DNA of 61,215 nt, the filler included. It is 12 parts of 12 records of this genome, joined end to end, with 100 filler letters (N's around TTAATTAATTAA, not from the genome) between each part and the next. Parts side by side here need not be neighbours in the genome. Positions count along the whole stretch, not along the records: positions 40,355 to 46,290 come from SRR7504441_25943; positions 46,391 to 50,281 come from SRR7504441_25954; positions 50,382 to 53,808 come from SRR7504441_26058; positions 53,909 to 61,215 come from SRR7504441_26212; 8 more parts are not named here. One strand, written 5' to 3'. Every line of letters begins with the position of its first letter. Position 1 is the first letter of the stretch. Position numbers and translations under genes: made by a program. Below are positions 43,807-54,713 of the stretch, one piece after another. Below the pieces are notes generated by a model. The model saw only the letters and a program-made list of their open reading frames with translations. It had not been told where the DNA came from and searched no databases.

Positions 43807-46290
43807 CTACTCGATGGGCTCCGCGCTGCATGCAGCTTCGTAGGCTTCTGGAAATCCGACTTGCTTAGGGTACTGCTGAGTCGTCATGCTCGCTACCACA
43901 TGCTCTGCAGCAAGCTTAGTCCGCCACTCACTTCCTCTCTCATGTTCAGGGCTTACTGATCGATCTTCTGCAGGGCGTCTATAACTAGCTGATTTGGGCA
44001 GGGGCCGTGACGTAGCCACAGCATACGTGAGAGGCGTTGCCGGAGGGCTTTCCATCTCGGCCTGTACTGAAGGAGCCCATGCATACCACATATCGCCTTT
44101 CATTTGAAAGTCCTGCTCAAACTCGACCAGACGCTCGTGCTCTCCCAGCTTTGCCTGCACCGCCTGCAACTGCTCCCTTGACTGCTCAAGCTCCAATCTG
44201 AGCTCCTGTCGCACTCGCTCCCCTTGCTCGAGCTCGAGCTGCAGCTCTGCCTCTCTCGAAGCCTGCACGCTCCGCAGAATGTCCACCTCGCTCTTGACCT
44301 TCTCCCTTATCTCAGCTTCCAGCTGTCTGTCCCGCTTCTGTGCAGTTGCGGCCGCTAACTTCAACCCCGCGTCCAGCTTCCGCCGCTCGTCGACCAACCT
44401 CTGGTCAGCCTCGGCCCTCACCGCACCGAGCGCTTGCTGCAGGTCCTCTACAAGCTGGAGCGCTGCCTGGGCCGCCGCATACTCCGCCTCCAACTCGCCA
44501 CCCAGCTTCTCAACCTCAGCCCGGGCTGTCCCGAGCTCCTGCTCGAGCCCATCGATCACCGCAGTGGATTGCGCCCTGCCCTCGGTCCTCGCTGCCTCCA
44601 GCTCCGCGGTCAGCTGACCACTCCCGGCCAGCGCTACGGCCAGCTCGTGCTCAAGATTGGCGACCCGCTCGGCTGCTTCTAGCGACGCAGCTTTCTGCAC
44701 TTCAAGCGCCGCATCGAGCTCTATCTTGGACTGAGCGCAGTCAGCTCGGGCCCCAGCCAGCTGCCGCTCGAGCCCAGCCGCCTTGCTGGCCCCGTCCTGG
44801 GCTGCGGCCCTCAGCGCTTCCCTCAAGGCCTCCAGGTCGCCATCCAGTCGAGCGCACTCAGCCTTGGATCGGGATAGCTCTTGCTGCTGTTCACCGCCAG
44901 CCGCGGTGTCCACATGCTCCTGGCACTTAGCCAACGCCGCGGCCAGCTCGCCCTCCAGCCTGGCCGCTCTATCGGCAGCTGCCTGCCCGGCGGCTCTCTG
45001 TGCAGCCCGCACCACCTGCACTTCCTCCTCGAGCCGATCACACGCCGCCCGCGACGCTGCCAGCTCACTCTCCAGCGCCGCTCGGCCCTCGTCCTGCGGA
45101 TGGCCCTCGCCAGGTGAGCACGCCGGGCTGGCGGACTGGGTGACGAGCACCGTCCTCACGGCCTCTAGTTCCCCTCTCAACTGCACTGCGTCGGCCTGCG
45201 ACGCCATCAGTACCATTCTCACAGCCTCTAGTTCCCCTCTCAACTGGACCACATCTTCCTGCGACGCCGCCAGCTCCTCTTCCAACACGGCACACCCGCG
45301 CCCCGCTGCCGCCTCGGCCCTGGCCAGCTCCAGCTGCTGCTCCAAGGCTGCACTCTCCCCTCGCGACCGCTCCAGCCCAGCTGCAGCCTCTGCATGCTCG
45401 GCCTGCTCTCGCTCCATCTCCTGTCGCAGCGCGTCACACCCGGCCTGCGCGTCGGCCAGGTGTTGCTCCAGCACCTTCCTGGCCTCCTCAGCCGCCTGCT
45501 TGGCGTTCAGCGCGTCTTGCTCAGCTGCCATCCTGGCCTTCTCCTCCTGTTGAATCTGGAGCAGCAGCTGCCGCTCTGCTTCGATCCTCTCCTGCCGCGT
45601 GGGCGACTTGGGCGAGCTCAGATCGTCCATCTCCACTGTAGAGCCTAACTGCTGGCTCTCGGCAAGCTGACTGGCTGTGTCCAGCTGCGCCTCCAGCCAC
45701 AGACAAAGCTGCTCCAGTTCGGCCTCACGTGGGGTGACGGCCCGATGCGACTGCTTCAGCTCCTCCAGCAGGCGGGAGCCATCCAGGCTGCCCTGCCCTG
45801 TGGCTCTGGGCGAGTTCTCCTCTGCTGCCCAGGCCATCTGCTGCCACACTGCCGCATCCTGCCGCGCCGCCCACCCACGCACCAGCGCCTGAATGTCCCT
45901 GGCAGCCGCCGTCTCCTCAAGCAGCCACGCCGTCGACACGGCCTCCTCCTCGCTGGCCGCCTGCGGCTCCGGCTGTGCCTCAGCAGGTTCTTCTGGCCCG
46001 ATCCCGCGCTGCCGAGCCAGCTCTAGCAGACCGTCCTTGCCGAGCTGCCGATCGGCTTCCAGCTTGGACACCCCGCGGCCGATTAAGAACTTCTTGAGCT
46101 TCATGTACGACATACTCGCCAGCCCAGTCCGGCCTGCTGCCTCGGGCGCCGGCCGCTCCACGGGCTGCAGCCACCACTGTTCCAGGCTATCCCCCGGCGG
46201 CTCCTGCGTGGCTGCAATGCGCTCAGGCACCGCAACCTCCAGCTCGTTGGCCCTGCTGTTGTCCCTCGCAGCGGCACTCCGCAGCCGCCG
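43807..46290 (-). CDS. Coiled-coil protein with IQ motif, probably 5'-partial; 3' end uncertain
   Basis: 807-aa ORF, AARDIQALVRGWAAR, long heptad repeats. Confidence 0.75.
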   Translation of the reverse strand, partial: RRLRSAAARDNSRANELEVAVPERIAATQEPPGDSLEQWWLQPVERPAPEAAGRTGLASMSYMKLKKFLIGRGVSKLEADRQLGKDGLLELARQRGIGPEEPAEAQPEPQAASEEEAVSTAWLLEETAAARDIQALVRGWAARQDAAVWQQMAWAAEENSPRATGQGSLDGSRLLEELKQSHRAVTPREAELEQLCLWLEAQLDTASQLAESQQLGSTVEMDDLSSPKSPTRQERIEAERQLLLQIQQEEKARMAAEQDALNAKQAAEEARKVLEQHLADAQAGCDALRQEMEREQAEHAEAAAGLERSRGESAALEQQLELARAEAAAGRGCAVLEEELAASQEDVVQLRGELEAVRMVLMASQADAVQLRGELEAVRTVLVTQSASPACSPGEGHPQDEGRAALESELAASRAACDRLEEEVQVVRAAQRAAGQAAADRAARLEGELAAALAKCQEHVDTAAGGEQQQELSRSKAECARLDGDLEALREALRAAAQDGASKAAGLERQLAGARADCAQSKIELDAALEVQKAASLEAAERVANLEHELAVALAGSGQLTAELEAARTEGRAQSTAVIDGLEQELGTARAEVEKLGGELEAEYAAAQAALQLVEDLQQALGAVRAEADQRLVDERRKLDAGLKLAAATAQKRDRQLEAEIREKVKSEVDILRSVQASREAELQLELEQGERVRQELRLELEQSREQLQAVQAKLGEHERLVEFEQDFQMKGDMWYAWAPSVQAEMESPPATPLTYAVATSRPLPKSASYRRPAEDRSVSPEHERGSEWRTKLAAEHVVASMTTQQYPKQVGFPEAYEAACSAEPIE
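45145..45270 (-). repeat. 63-nt internal tandem duplication within the coiled-coil CDS
   Basis: GCCTCTAGTTCCCCTCTCAACTG at 45161 and 45224; protein ASQ.D.VQLRGELEAVR.VL twice. Confidence 0.85.
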
Positions 46291-46390
46291 NNNNNNNNNN
46301 NNNNNNNNNNNNNNNNNNNNNNNNNNNNNNNNNNTTAATTAATTAANNNNNNNNNNNNNNNNNNNNNNNNNNNNNNNNNNNNNNNNNNNN
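46291..46390. other. Artificial contig spacer
   Basis: N44-TTAATTAATTAA-N44. Confidence 0.98.
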
Positions 46391-46679
46391 CTGGTAACCG
46401 TTGGGTGTCCGTTGGGTGTCGTGTTCGGTAGTGTTCGGCCGCAAGCATTGGGAGCGCCACCGCGACCGGCTCCACCAGGGCGTCGCCGAGCTGGTGTCGG
46501 GCGGGATCCTGTGCCTTCGCACCGTCGGTGGCGAGGTGCTGCACTTCTGGCGGCCGGAGGTGCTCACCCCCGGCGAGGCGTTCCAAGACCACCTGGACGC
46601 GCTCAGAAGCTCGCGTTCGCGACAACAACAACTGGCGGTTGAGATTTCATGGGGCCCGGCTCTGAGATGCGGCCGGGCT

Positions 46680-47937
46680 GGTTCGCCGTGGGCTGGAGCA
46701 GTCGCTGGCTCGGGCGGGGGGTCAGCGAGACGTCGATCGGGGGCTGGTGCGTAGTGCGCTCAAACAGGCGCTGACCGAGATCCGGGAGGCGCCCGCGACC
46801 GACCGGTGGGCTGACGCCTATGCTCAGCTCACTCCCGGGGCAGGCTGAGCGTCTCGCTGCCTGAGGTTGAGACTAGGCTCGCCGCTGGGCGACAGGTCGG
46901 GCTTTGCCCACAGTGCCGCACCGGTGTGTTGGGGCATGCGCGGGGGCCGACCGCTGGGGCAGGACGGTGCTGCGGTGGACAGCTGGTGGATCGAGCGGCG
47001 GTACTGCACCGCCGCAGAGCGGGCGCGAGCGGGGAGCAGGTGGGCGGCCGAGAAGGCCCAGCGACAGATCGAGCAGGCAGCCGGCCCGGGGCAGCCAAGC
47101 GACCCGTGTGATGATGGGTTCGAGGCCCGGTGGGAAGCAGCTCGCAAGGCAGGCGCTGCGCTGCACAGCGGCTCTAGCCGTTGGGATGACTCTGGCCGGA
47201 GCACGCCGCTCGACTGGGATGAACTCGAGTGGATGGCCGCCAACTTCAAGCGATACAAGCGGCAGGCCGAGCTGGCGCAGGAGCAGCTGAGTCAGCTGAG
47301 GGCCCGGTGCATCGAGCTGGAGGCCTCACAGGCTCAGCAGAGCAGGCAGGCCGGCCGGCAGTTGGATGAGTTCAGCCGGCAGGCAGAGCAGCTGGCAGCC
47401 CGGGCCGATTGGCAGGCCGACGGCCGGGATGAGCTGCACGCGAGCTTTCTGCAGCTGGAGGCGGGGCAGGGCGCTGCATCGGCCGAGCTCGAACGGGTTC
47501 GGGTGCGGCTGGGTGAGCTGCAGACGAGTGGGCAGCTCGAGCGGAGCCAGCTGCAGGCCAAGCTGGACGAGCTGGTGGACCAGAACAACCAGCTGGTGGC
47601 CAAATTCAACGGAACGTCCAAGGAGCTCGACCAGGCCAGAATTGAATGCAGCCAGCTGTCGGGAGAGCGCGACAAGCTCGGCGCTGAGCTGTCAGCCTGC
47701 CAGGCGAATCTAGTCTGTGCGGAGGACAAACAGGCCGAGCTTGCGGCGATGCTTAGGGAGCGGGAGCAGGCGAGCTTGAGCGGTCGAGCGGCCGCCGAGC
47801 TGGTGCAGGTAGCGGTGGCTAGCTCGATGCAGTTGGTGGCCACTAAGCTAGGCGACCAGCGGGCGGCTGTGTGCCGAGTGCAAGCTGAGAGCCCCTGGTG
47901 TTTATCAACACCTTGCTCCTTGGGGATACAATCATAA
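46680..47937 (+). CDS. Hypothetical coiled-coil protein; 5' structure unresolved
   Basis: Heptad-rich ORF 46960-47937 with upstream exons joined by short GT-AG introns. Confidence 0.55.
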
Positions 47938-48182
47938 TATAATCATCCGTGTGACTCACACGGTTGCTTCTAGAATGGGTACTTCTAGAATGAGATAAGA
48001 ATGTCATAGTCATACTCATGAATATGACTCGTATGAATATAACGAGTTATATAAGTAACCAGACTGTGTGATAAAATTAATGGTAATGCGGACTAATGCC
48101 ACCCGTGCCACCGTCTCGAGACCGGTACATGTACTCGTAACCTCAACGTAATCTAGATCTAGAGGGCATAACATCGTTCACT

Positions 48183-49743
48183 TCAATCAAAGAGGTCGTC
48201 GTCGCTGTACGCTCTCTTTCGCGATGGTGACAAACTCAAATGGGCCGGCTCTTCGTCCGACCAACAGCCGTCATCGCTGTCACACTCTCTGCTCATATCC
48301 ATTGCAGCGTCGCTGCCCCCACAAATCAACACCAGGCTGCCTGCCACTCATCTCTACCTGAGCCGGCGCTGCAGGGTGCACTCGTACTGTAGATCGAGCT
48401 GGGTTTCGTATACATTATCCCGAGTTTCCATTCGCTCCAGGGTGCGCTCTGATCGCTCGAGAGCCTTGCTCAGCCTGTCAGCCTCCTTGCCGTCAGCCTT
48501 GGCCGCTGCTTTTTGGAGAGTCCCGACTGCCTGCTGCTTCAACGCCACAGCCTGCTCCCGCTTGCCCTCTGCGAGCAGCCGGCTGGCCTCCTCGTCGGCC
48601 TCAGTTGACCGTTGAATACAGCGGGCACAGGCCACTGTCGGGTCTTCAGGAGACAGCTGAGCCGCCTCGGCCACACAGTGCAACTCAGCACTGCCCTGGA
48701 CGCATTGGCGCTGCCCTTGGCCGTCCACATAGTCGAGGGAGTACTGCAGTACACTCTGCCATCCCTCATGCTGAGGCGAGATCTCGAAATCAAGGAGCAC
48801 TCCTCTCGTATTGTCTGCGTGAAGGTCGCCAAGCTCCATCCCGGCAACTAAATCGTGCTCGTCTTCCGAGCCATACAGCTTGGTGACCACCGCTCCGCCG
48901 ACTCCCCTGCCACCGTGGTCAGCCACCTCGATTAGCTGCCCCGCACCTTACAGTGAGCCTGGCCTGAGTGCCTGCCAGGGAGACCAGCCCGTGCACGCTC
49001 TTACTCACAAGGGCCGGTATCATCTCGGGTGACTCGAGGTAGGAGTAGCTACCGTGCCCGCACTCGGCGAGCCCCATCATCAGTTTCTCATCAAAGTCTC
49101 TTCCTATCCCGAACGTGGCTGTCGTGAGACCTTGCTCGGCCAGCTCGGCCACCCTGTCCTGGATCTCCTCCCGACTGGTTACCCCTTCATTCACCAGCCC
49201 GTCCGAGAAGAGCATGATGCGTTTCGCGGAGCTCAGACCGGGCTGCTTCACCAGCCAGTCCGCGGCCAGGTCCAGCCCAGCCGAGAGGTTTGTCATGGTT
49301 CCAGGCTTGATCTCGCGCACTCGCTGCACCGCCGAGTCTTTGGCTGCTTGATCCAACTGGCCTGGGGACACCTCAAACCCCACACTGGCCGACGAGTCGT
49401 AAAGCACCAACGCAAGCCCATCTGGACGGCCAAGGTGTTTGATCATCTTCCGGACCGCCTTCTTGGCCGCGCTCATTTTGGGACCGCGCATCGAGCCGGA
49501 CTTATCCATCAGGCACACCACGTGCAGTGGGAGCCCTTTGGGCTGTTTACCGCCATCGAGACTGCTCGTCTCGATCGTGAGCAGCGCCTGGGCGGTCTGA
49601 GTCACCCCGGCCACGGCCTCCGGGCGGTTCAGCCGGTGGGTCAGACTCAAGCCGAGCTTGGCCGGGGTCGCGGTGGCAGCGGCGTACGATGGCGGCAGGG
49701 GCGCAGGTGGCTCGTCCCGGTTGCGTGAGCAGGCGGACCCCAT
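48183..49743 (-). CDS. von Willebrand factor A domain protein with predicted N-terminal acylation (MGSAC), 2 introns
   Basis: VVCLMDKSGSM (MIDAS), TNLSAGL, IMLFSDGLVNEG, TFGIGRDFDEKLM. Confidence 0.88.
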
Positions 49744-49996
49744 GGTGGTGGTGGTGTTTATGGCGCATCGGTGAACCGTGCCTGTACCGCTGCCGTCTCT
49801 AGATTTAACTAACAACTTTCCAACCTTGAGCCACTTGACCGCTTGACTGCAATGCAATATATTTACTAGTACTCGTATAATACCAGTAGACCGTGCCTAC
49901 CTGTAGCTAAGAACCGCGCATGTAACTAGTCGGTCTAGATTAAATGTAAGTACTAATGACATCAGTATCATAACAGCTATACTAAAGATCTATAGT

Positions 49997-50281
49997 TCAT
50001 TTGATTGCCGAAACACCGAGCCCAACACACAAGACGCTCACCCCAGTCTCGGCCATGATCCCCACCTCTGTGGGCTCGCATTCTTCAGTTCCCACGGCTT
50101 CCTCTTCCTCTTCCTTCGAGTCCTTTGCCTTTTTACTATCCTTTTTACCTGCGGGCTTTTTCTCCTTCTTGGGCTTAACAGCCTAGAGCTCGAATCTCGA
50201 ATGCTGGTGATGTCTCGCCGAGGCGGCATCCGCATCTGCAGCCAGCCTGGCGCGCGACACACTTGGCAGCAAGCTCGAGCC
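49997..50281 (-). CDS. 3' fragment of a Lys/Glu-rich protein
   Basis: AVKPKKEKKPAGKKDSKKAKDSKEEEEE..AIK* preceded by a possible 36-nt GC-AG intron. Confidence 0.4.
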
Positions 50282-50381
50282 NNNNNNNNNNNNNNNNNNN
50301 NNNNNNNNNNNNNNNNNNNNNNNNNTTAATTAATTAANNNNNNNNNNNNNNNNNNNNNNNNNNNNNNNNNNNNNNNNNNNN
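50282..50381. other. Artificial contig spacer
   Basis: N44-TTAATTAATTAA-N44. Confidence 0.98.
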
Positions 50382-50410
50382 CTTTTAGGCTTATAAAAGA
50401 AGGATACTAC

Positions 50411-51513
50411 TCACGGATTCTCACCAGCGCTCGCCTGCGCCAGTCTGTCACACGCGCTACCGTGAAGGCCGCACCTGCAGCCGCTCCTGCAGCACCGCGG
50501 CCTTATGGTACTGCTTGCGCTGCTCCAGGAAGAGCCCCACAAACTCCCCAATCTCAGACTGGCTCGACTCAGCGAGCCATGTTGGCGCAGCACACCTGCT
50601 TGGCCTGCAGCTTGTCCACAAGCTCCTCCGACTTGGCCTCGGCCTCGCGCTGGGTCTGGTTGAGCATCCTAAGCACATTTGCGTGCGAGAACACCTCCAG
50701 CCTGCCACCCGGCTCACCGGCTGGCTGAGCGAACCGCACCTCTGTCGCTGAAGGTCCTGCTTTCCTCCGAGTCTTGCCTCAGCCGCACTGAACTCCACCC
50801 TCAAACGCTCGTGCTCCTGCCCACCGTCTGACCGCCCGAGCATACCCGCTGCGCACCGCCCGAGATGTCTCGATCTGATGCTGCAGCCCCAGGCTCCCGG
50901 CCGCAAGCTCCTCGCTCTCCTCCTCCAGCTTTTGCCTCTCGGTCTGGCTCGCCTGGACCACAGGGTGGCTCTGCAGCAGCGTCTGCAGCCCCAGGTCCGT
51001 GTCGTCCTCCGCCAGCCGCTCCAGCTCCGACGGCGGCAGCTCCTACCGCCCCGGGTGAGCCTTAGTCTCGGCCGGCCTGTGCCTGCAAGTCGGCGACTAG
51101 CCGGTCCATGTGCTGATCGCCGGCGGGCGGCGGCTGGGCCGGCGGGGGCAGCTGCATCTTCATCGGTGGGTTGACGAAGAATTCCTGCCCCAGGGCTCGG
51201 GCTGCACCCAGCGAGCGGCGACCTGAACCACCTCCATCAACACCGGAGTCAGGTTGGACTGATAGTTCCAGCTCCGAAGCCCGGGGCAGCCCACCACGCG
51301 CAGCTCGTTGTCCAGCCAGCTGTGACGGTACCCGGCCCCAATGAGCGTCACCACCGGCGGCTCGGCCGGGAAGCCCGGGGGCAGCGCCGCCCTGAGTTCG
51401 AGCCGGGTGCCGTCCATCTGATCGATCGGAAGCCGGAGCGATCGGCGGCCCTGCTCGACTCTGGCTGTGTGGAACTCGGCCAGCACCCCATCCACCTGGT
51501 CTATAGAGCCCAT
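50411..51513 (-). CDS. VPS37: ESCRT-I subunit VPS37A-like (UEV-like + Pro-rich + Mod(r) domain), several short introns
   Basis: LPPGFPAEPPVV..HSWLD..WNYQSNL; C-terminal EAEAKSEELVDKL..EFVGLFLEQRKQYHK. Confidence 0.75.
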
Positions 51514-51639
51514 CCCTCGTAGACCAGCCGATCCGGGCGCCTGGGGAGGCCCAGAGCCCAAGGCTGGCTCGACTTCCGTCGCTCTTTGACGCCAGCGAGC
51601 GGCCAGCTGCGGCGGGCTCCAGGCGGCCACAGCAAGCTG

Positions 51640-52826
51640 ATGGACAAAGTGAACGCCGTGGTGCGGCGGGGCTGGGGCGGGGGCGCTGACCTGTGGGCCA
51701 GCTCGAGGCGCAGGGCTCGGGGCTGCGCTGTCAGGCCGACCAGCGCCAGGGCCGGTACCTGGTGGCGGTGCGGCCGATCGGGCGCGGGGAGCTGGTGCTC
51801 CGATCGGAGGGGTTCGCCTGCTGCCCGATGGACCAGCAGCGGCAGTTTGTTTGCGCCCGCTGCCTGCGGCAGGCGCCGGGATACTTTGCGCACCAGCTCG
51901 GGTGCAGCAAGTGCAAAGAGGTGTTCTACTGCTCGGAGGACTGCCAGCGGGCCGCGGTGCACTCAAAGCCCGAGTGCCGGCTGCTCAGGCTGCTGCGCAA
52001 GGAAGGGCTCGACGAAGTGCCCCAAACCCAGCTCGCGCTGACCGCACTCACCGCGCTCCGGCTGTGCACCACCGGGGGCGATGATTCGCCCGAGGCCGCG
52101 CTCCTGCCCGAGCTGACCACCCGCAGCTCGTGTATAGACCAAACCAACCGGAGCGAGCACATCCGGGGCGAGAGTTTAAATGCGGACAAGGACCCGACCG
52201 TGCCTGAGCGGGCGATGTTCCGCCGGCTCGCCCAAGCGGTCCATAAGCGGCTGGCCAAGGCAGTGGCCGAGACGGATGCGGTGCCGCTGAGCACCGAACA
52301 GTGCCTCGAGCTGTTGCTGCAGCTCGAGGCCAACGGCTACGGTTGGTGGGGCGCCGGACGGCAGTGTCTGGCCACCGCAGTGTTCCCGGTGGGGTCTTTC
52401 TTCAACCATTCGTGCGGGGCGAACGTCGGAAGGCTGCAGCGCACGGTGCAGGCGTGCCGGCCGCAGTTTGAGTATTACGCATTATGCGATATCGCGCCGG
52501 GCACCCCGACGACTGTCTTTTACACCAGGCCAGACCAGGTAACTGCGCACCGGCAGTCGATGCTGCTGCAGAGCTACAATTTCAAGTGCGATTGTTGGCG
52601 GTGTACAATGCACGGAGAGCCGGGCGAGGTGGAGATGGAGAACCGCTTCCTAGCCCGGCTAATCTGTCGCGACACCGAGTGCCAGGGCGTGTTGGTGCCG
52701 GTGCTCGAGCTCGGACACGTGGTGTGCTCATCGTGCGGGGCTACGGAGGAGCTACGATTAGGTGACGACGCGGATCCGGATATATCTATAGAATCCTTAG
52801 ATCACTCTTCCAATACCAATGAATGA
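51640..52826 (+). CDS. SMYD-type SET and MYND domain methyltransferase; intron 51661-51701
   Basis: QGRYLVAVRPIGRGELV, CARC..CSKCKEVFYCSEDCQ..H..EC, SFFNHSC, YNFKCDCWRC. Confidence 0.9.
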
Positions 52827-52869
52827 CACAATATATCTGAGTGACACTAAATTTGAATACTATACTGGT

Positions 52870-53668
52870 TTAATTGTTCTTAATTGGCATTGTCTTGGCA
52901 AGGCCGTCCACTGCTAGAGGCCTAGTCGGAGATGTTGAGCCGCCCCTTGGTGATGTCTTCTCGTTGCCCTCGTTTCGACTAGACTGTTTAGCCTTCGCTA
53001 TTGTGGTGTCGAACAATGCAGCAAACTCGTGCCACGTGACATCACGCGAATCGTCTGTATCCATTTGCTGGAATTTGAGCTCAAACCGAGTGTGCCACTT
53101 GAACGCCGGCCAGACCTCGCGGCCATGATTGTCAATCAGGATTGGTAGCCCAGGTCCTGGAACAATGACCTCCTCGTCCTCGTCTGCGTCCCCGAAAGGA
53201 ATCGACCATGCCGCAGTCGGCTCCTCTTCCTCTTGGGACTGAGCTGGCTCGGGCTCCTCCGAAACTACGACAAAGGCCTCCTCCTCCTCGTCCTCGTCTT
53301 CCTCCTCATCCTCCTCATCCTCGTCCCTTTGCTGATCTTTCTCGAGCTCACCGCCGTCTTGCTCGCCATAGGCAGCCACAAACTGCTCCTGAGACACCGT
53401 GCTCTCGTTCAGCAGTCCGAGCCTCTCTTGAACTCACCCGCACCCTGTGCTCACCAGGGCGCGCGACCTCCAAAGGCTTCACCCCAAACGGGTCCGACCT
53501 GCCAGCGATCCCCTTTGAGTGCCCGGTGTTCTGCATCAGCCCTGGCCGCTTGGGTGGCGCGACCCGCCGCTCGGCTCGCCGTGCCTCGGGCAGGCTGCTC
53601 GGCCGGCACCGGAGTGCTGCGTCCGCATCCGCCAGCAGCTCAGCGATGCCCAGCGGGTCCAGCGGCAT
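52870..53668 (-). CDS. EF-hand-containing acidic protein; splice junction near 53420-53465 uncertain
   Basis: FQQMDTDDSRDVTWHEF EF-hand; poly-D/E tract. Confidence 0.55.
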
Positions 53669-53808
53669 TGTGTGCCGCCGGGGTCCCGTTTCCAAATTAG
53701 CTCGGGAAGCCGTAACGTAGATCTGGTGGTACAGTCATCACTGTGGCGGATTGCAATCTTGATTTTTTCACGCAAAGGAGGAGCTTTATTTCAAACGAGA
53801 CTACAACT

Positions 53809-53908
53809 NNNNNNNNNNNNNNNNNNNNNNNNNNNNNNNNNNNNNNNNNNNNTTAATTAATTAANNNNNNNNNNNNNNNNNNNNNNNNNNNNNNNNNNNN
53901 NNNNNNNN
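53809..53908. other. Artificial contig spacer
   Basis: N44-TTAATTAATTAA-N44. Confidence 0.98.
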
Positions 53909-54626
53909 CCACCTGGAGGAGGCACTCCGAGTGAACGTAGTGGGCGCCCACTGGTGATCGCCCGGGCGTTGGATATCACGCTGCTTTTCGTGTTCTCTGG
54001 ACTGCAGCTGGTTCGGGCGCCGAGCGATGGACGGTCTCACATCCCAGCGTTTGGCCTACCCGCGGAGTCCTCTGGTGATCGAGCGCGTGATGCAGCGCTG
54101 CTCCCACAATTCTAGCCCCAAGTCGCCCACTGTTCTGAGCCCGGCGCAGCTGATCCGGGAGAACCGCTGGCACTCACCACCACCACCACATTTAGAGCTC
54201 TCGCCAATCACCTCTCCACGGCGAGCATGGCCATCACAGCACCCGCAAGGCGGATGTGGCAGCCCTGCACGACGGATAGCACACGCTAACAGGGCGTACA
54301 GCCCCAGTTGCAACAGCCCCTCCTTATCACCGCCCACACTAAGTGAGTCGCCGGCTGGACCCTCCGACAACTCTCCGGACTGCTCGCCAACTATGAGATC
54401 AGCGGTATACCGTAACCGGCCATCTACATTAGATGTCCGCGGTGTGGACTGGAATTGCTCACAATCTCGCAGTCCACTTCGTTTGGGGCTACCTGTGGGG
54501 ATGGCGGCCATGGACCTATATAACCCCTTGACTCCTAGCCCGCCGTCTACGTCTCCCACGACAATGTCATCTCCCGGTCACGCTTGGGCGAGCATGACTA
54601 CCCACGCAGGAGACAGGCCACTCTAA
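53909..54626 (+). CDS. Ser/Pro-rich hypothetical protein, probably the 3' part of a gene
   Basis: 199-aa SP-rich ORF ending before an AT-rich spacer. Confidence 0.5.
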
Positions 54627-54713
54627 ATATCAATGTACGAGTACATCTATTAAACAGTGTTTTTAAATTTTAAAAATTAGCCAGACTGGTCAACACGAAT
54701 ACAAAATTGTTAT

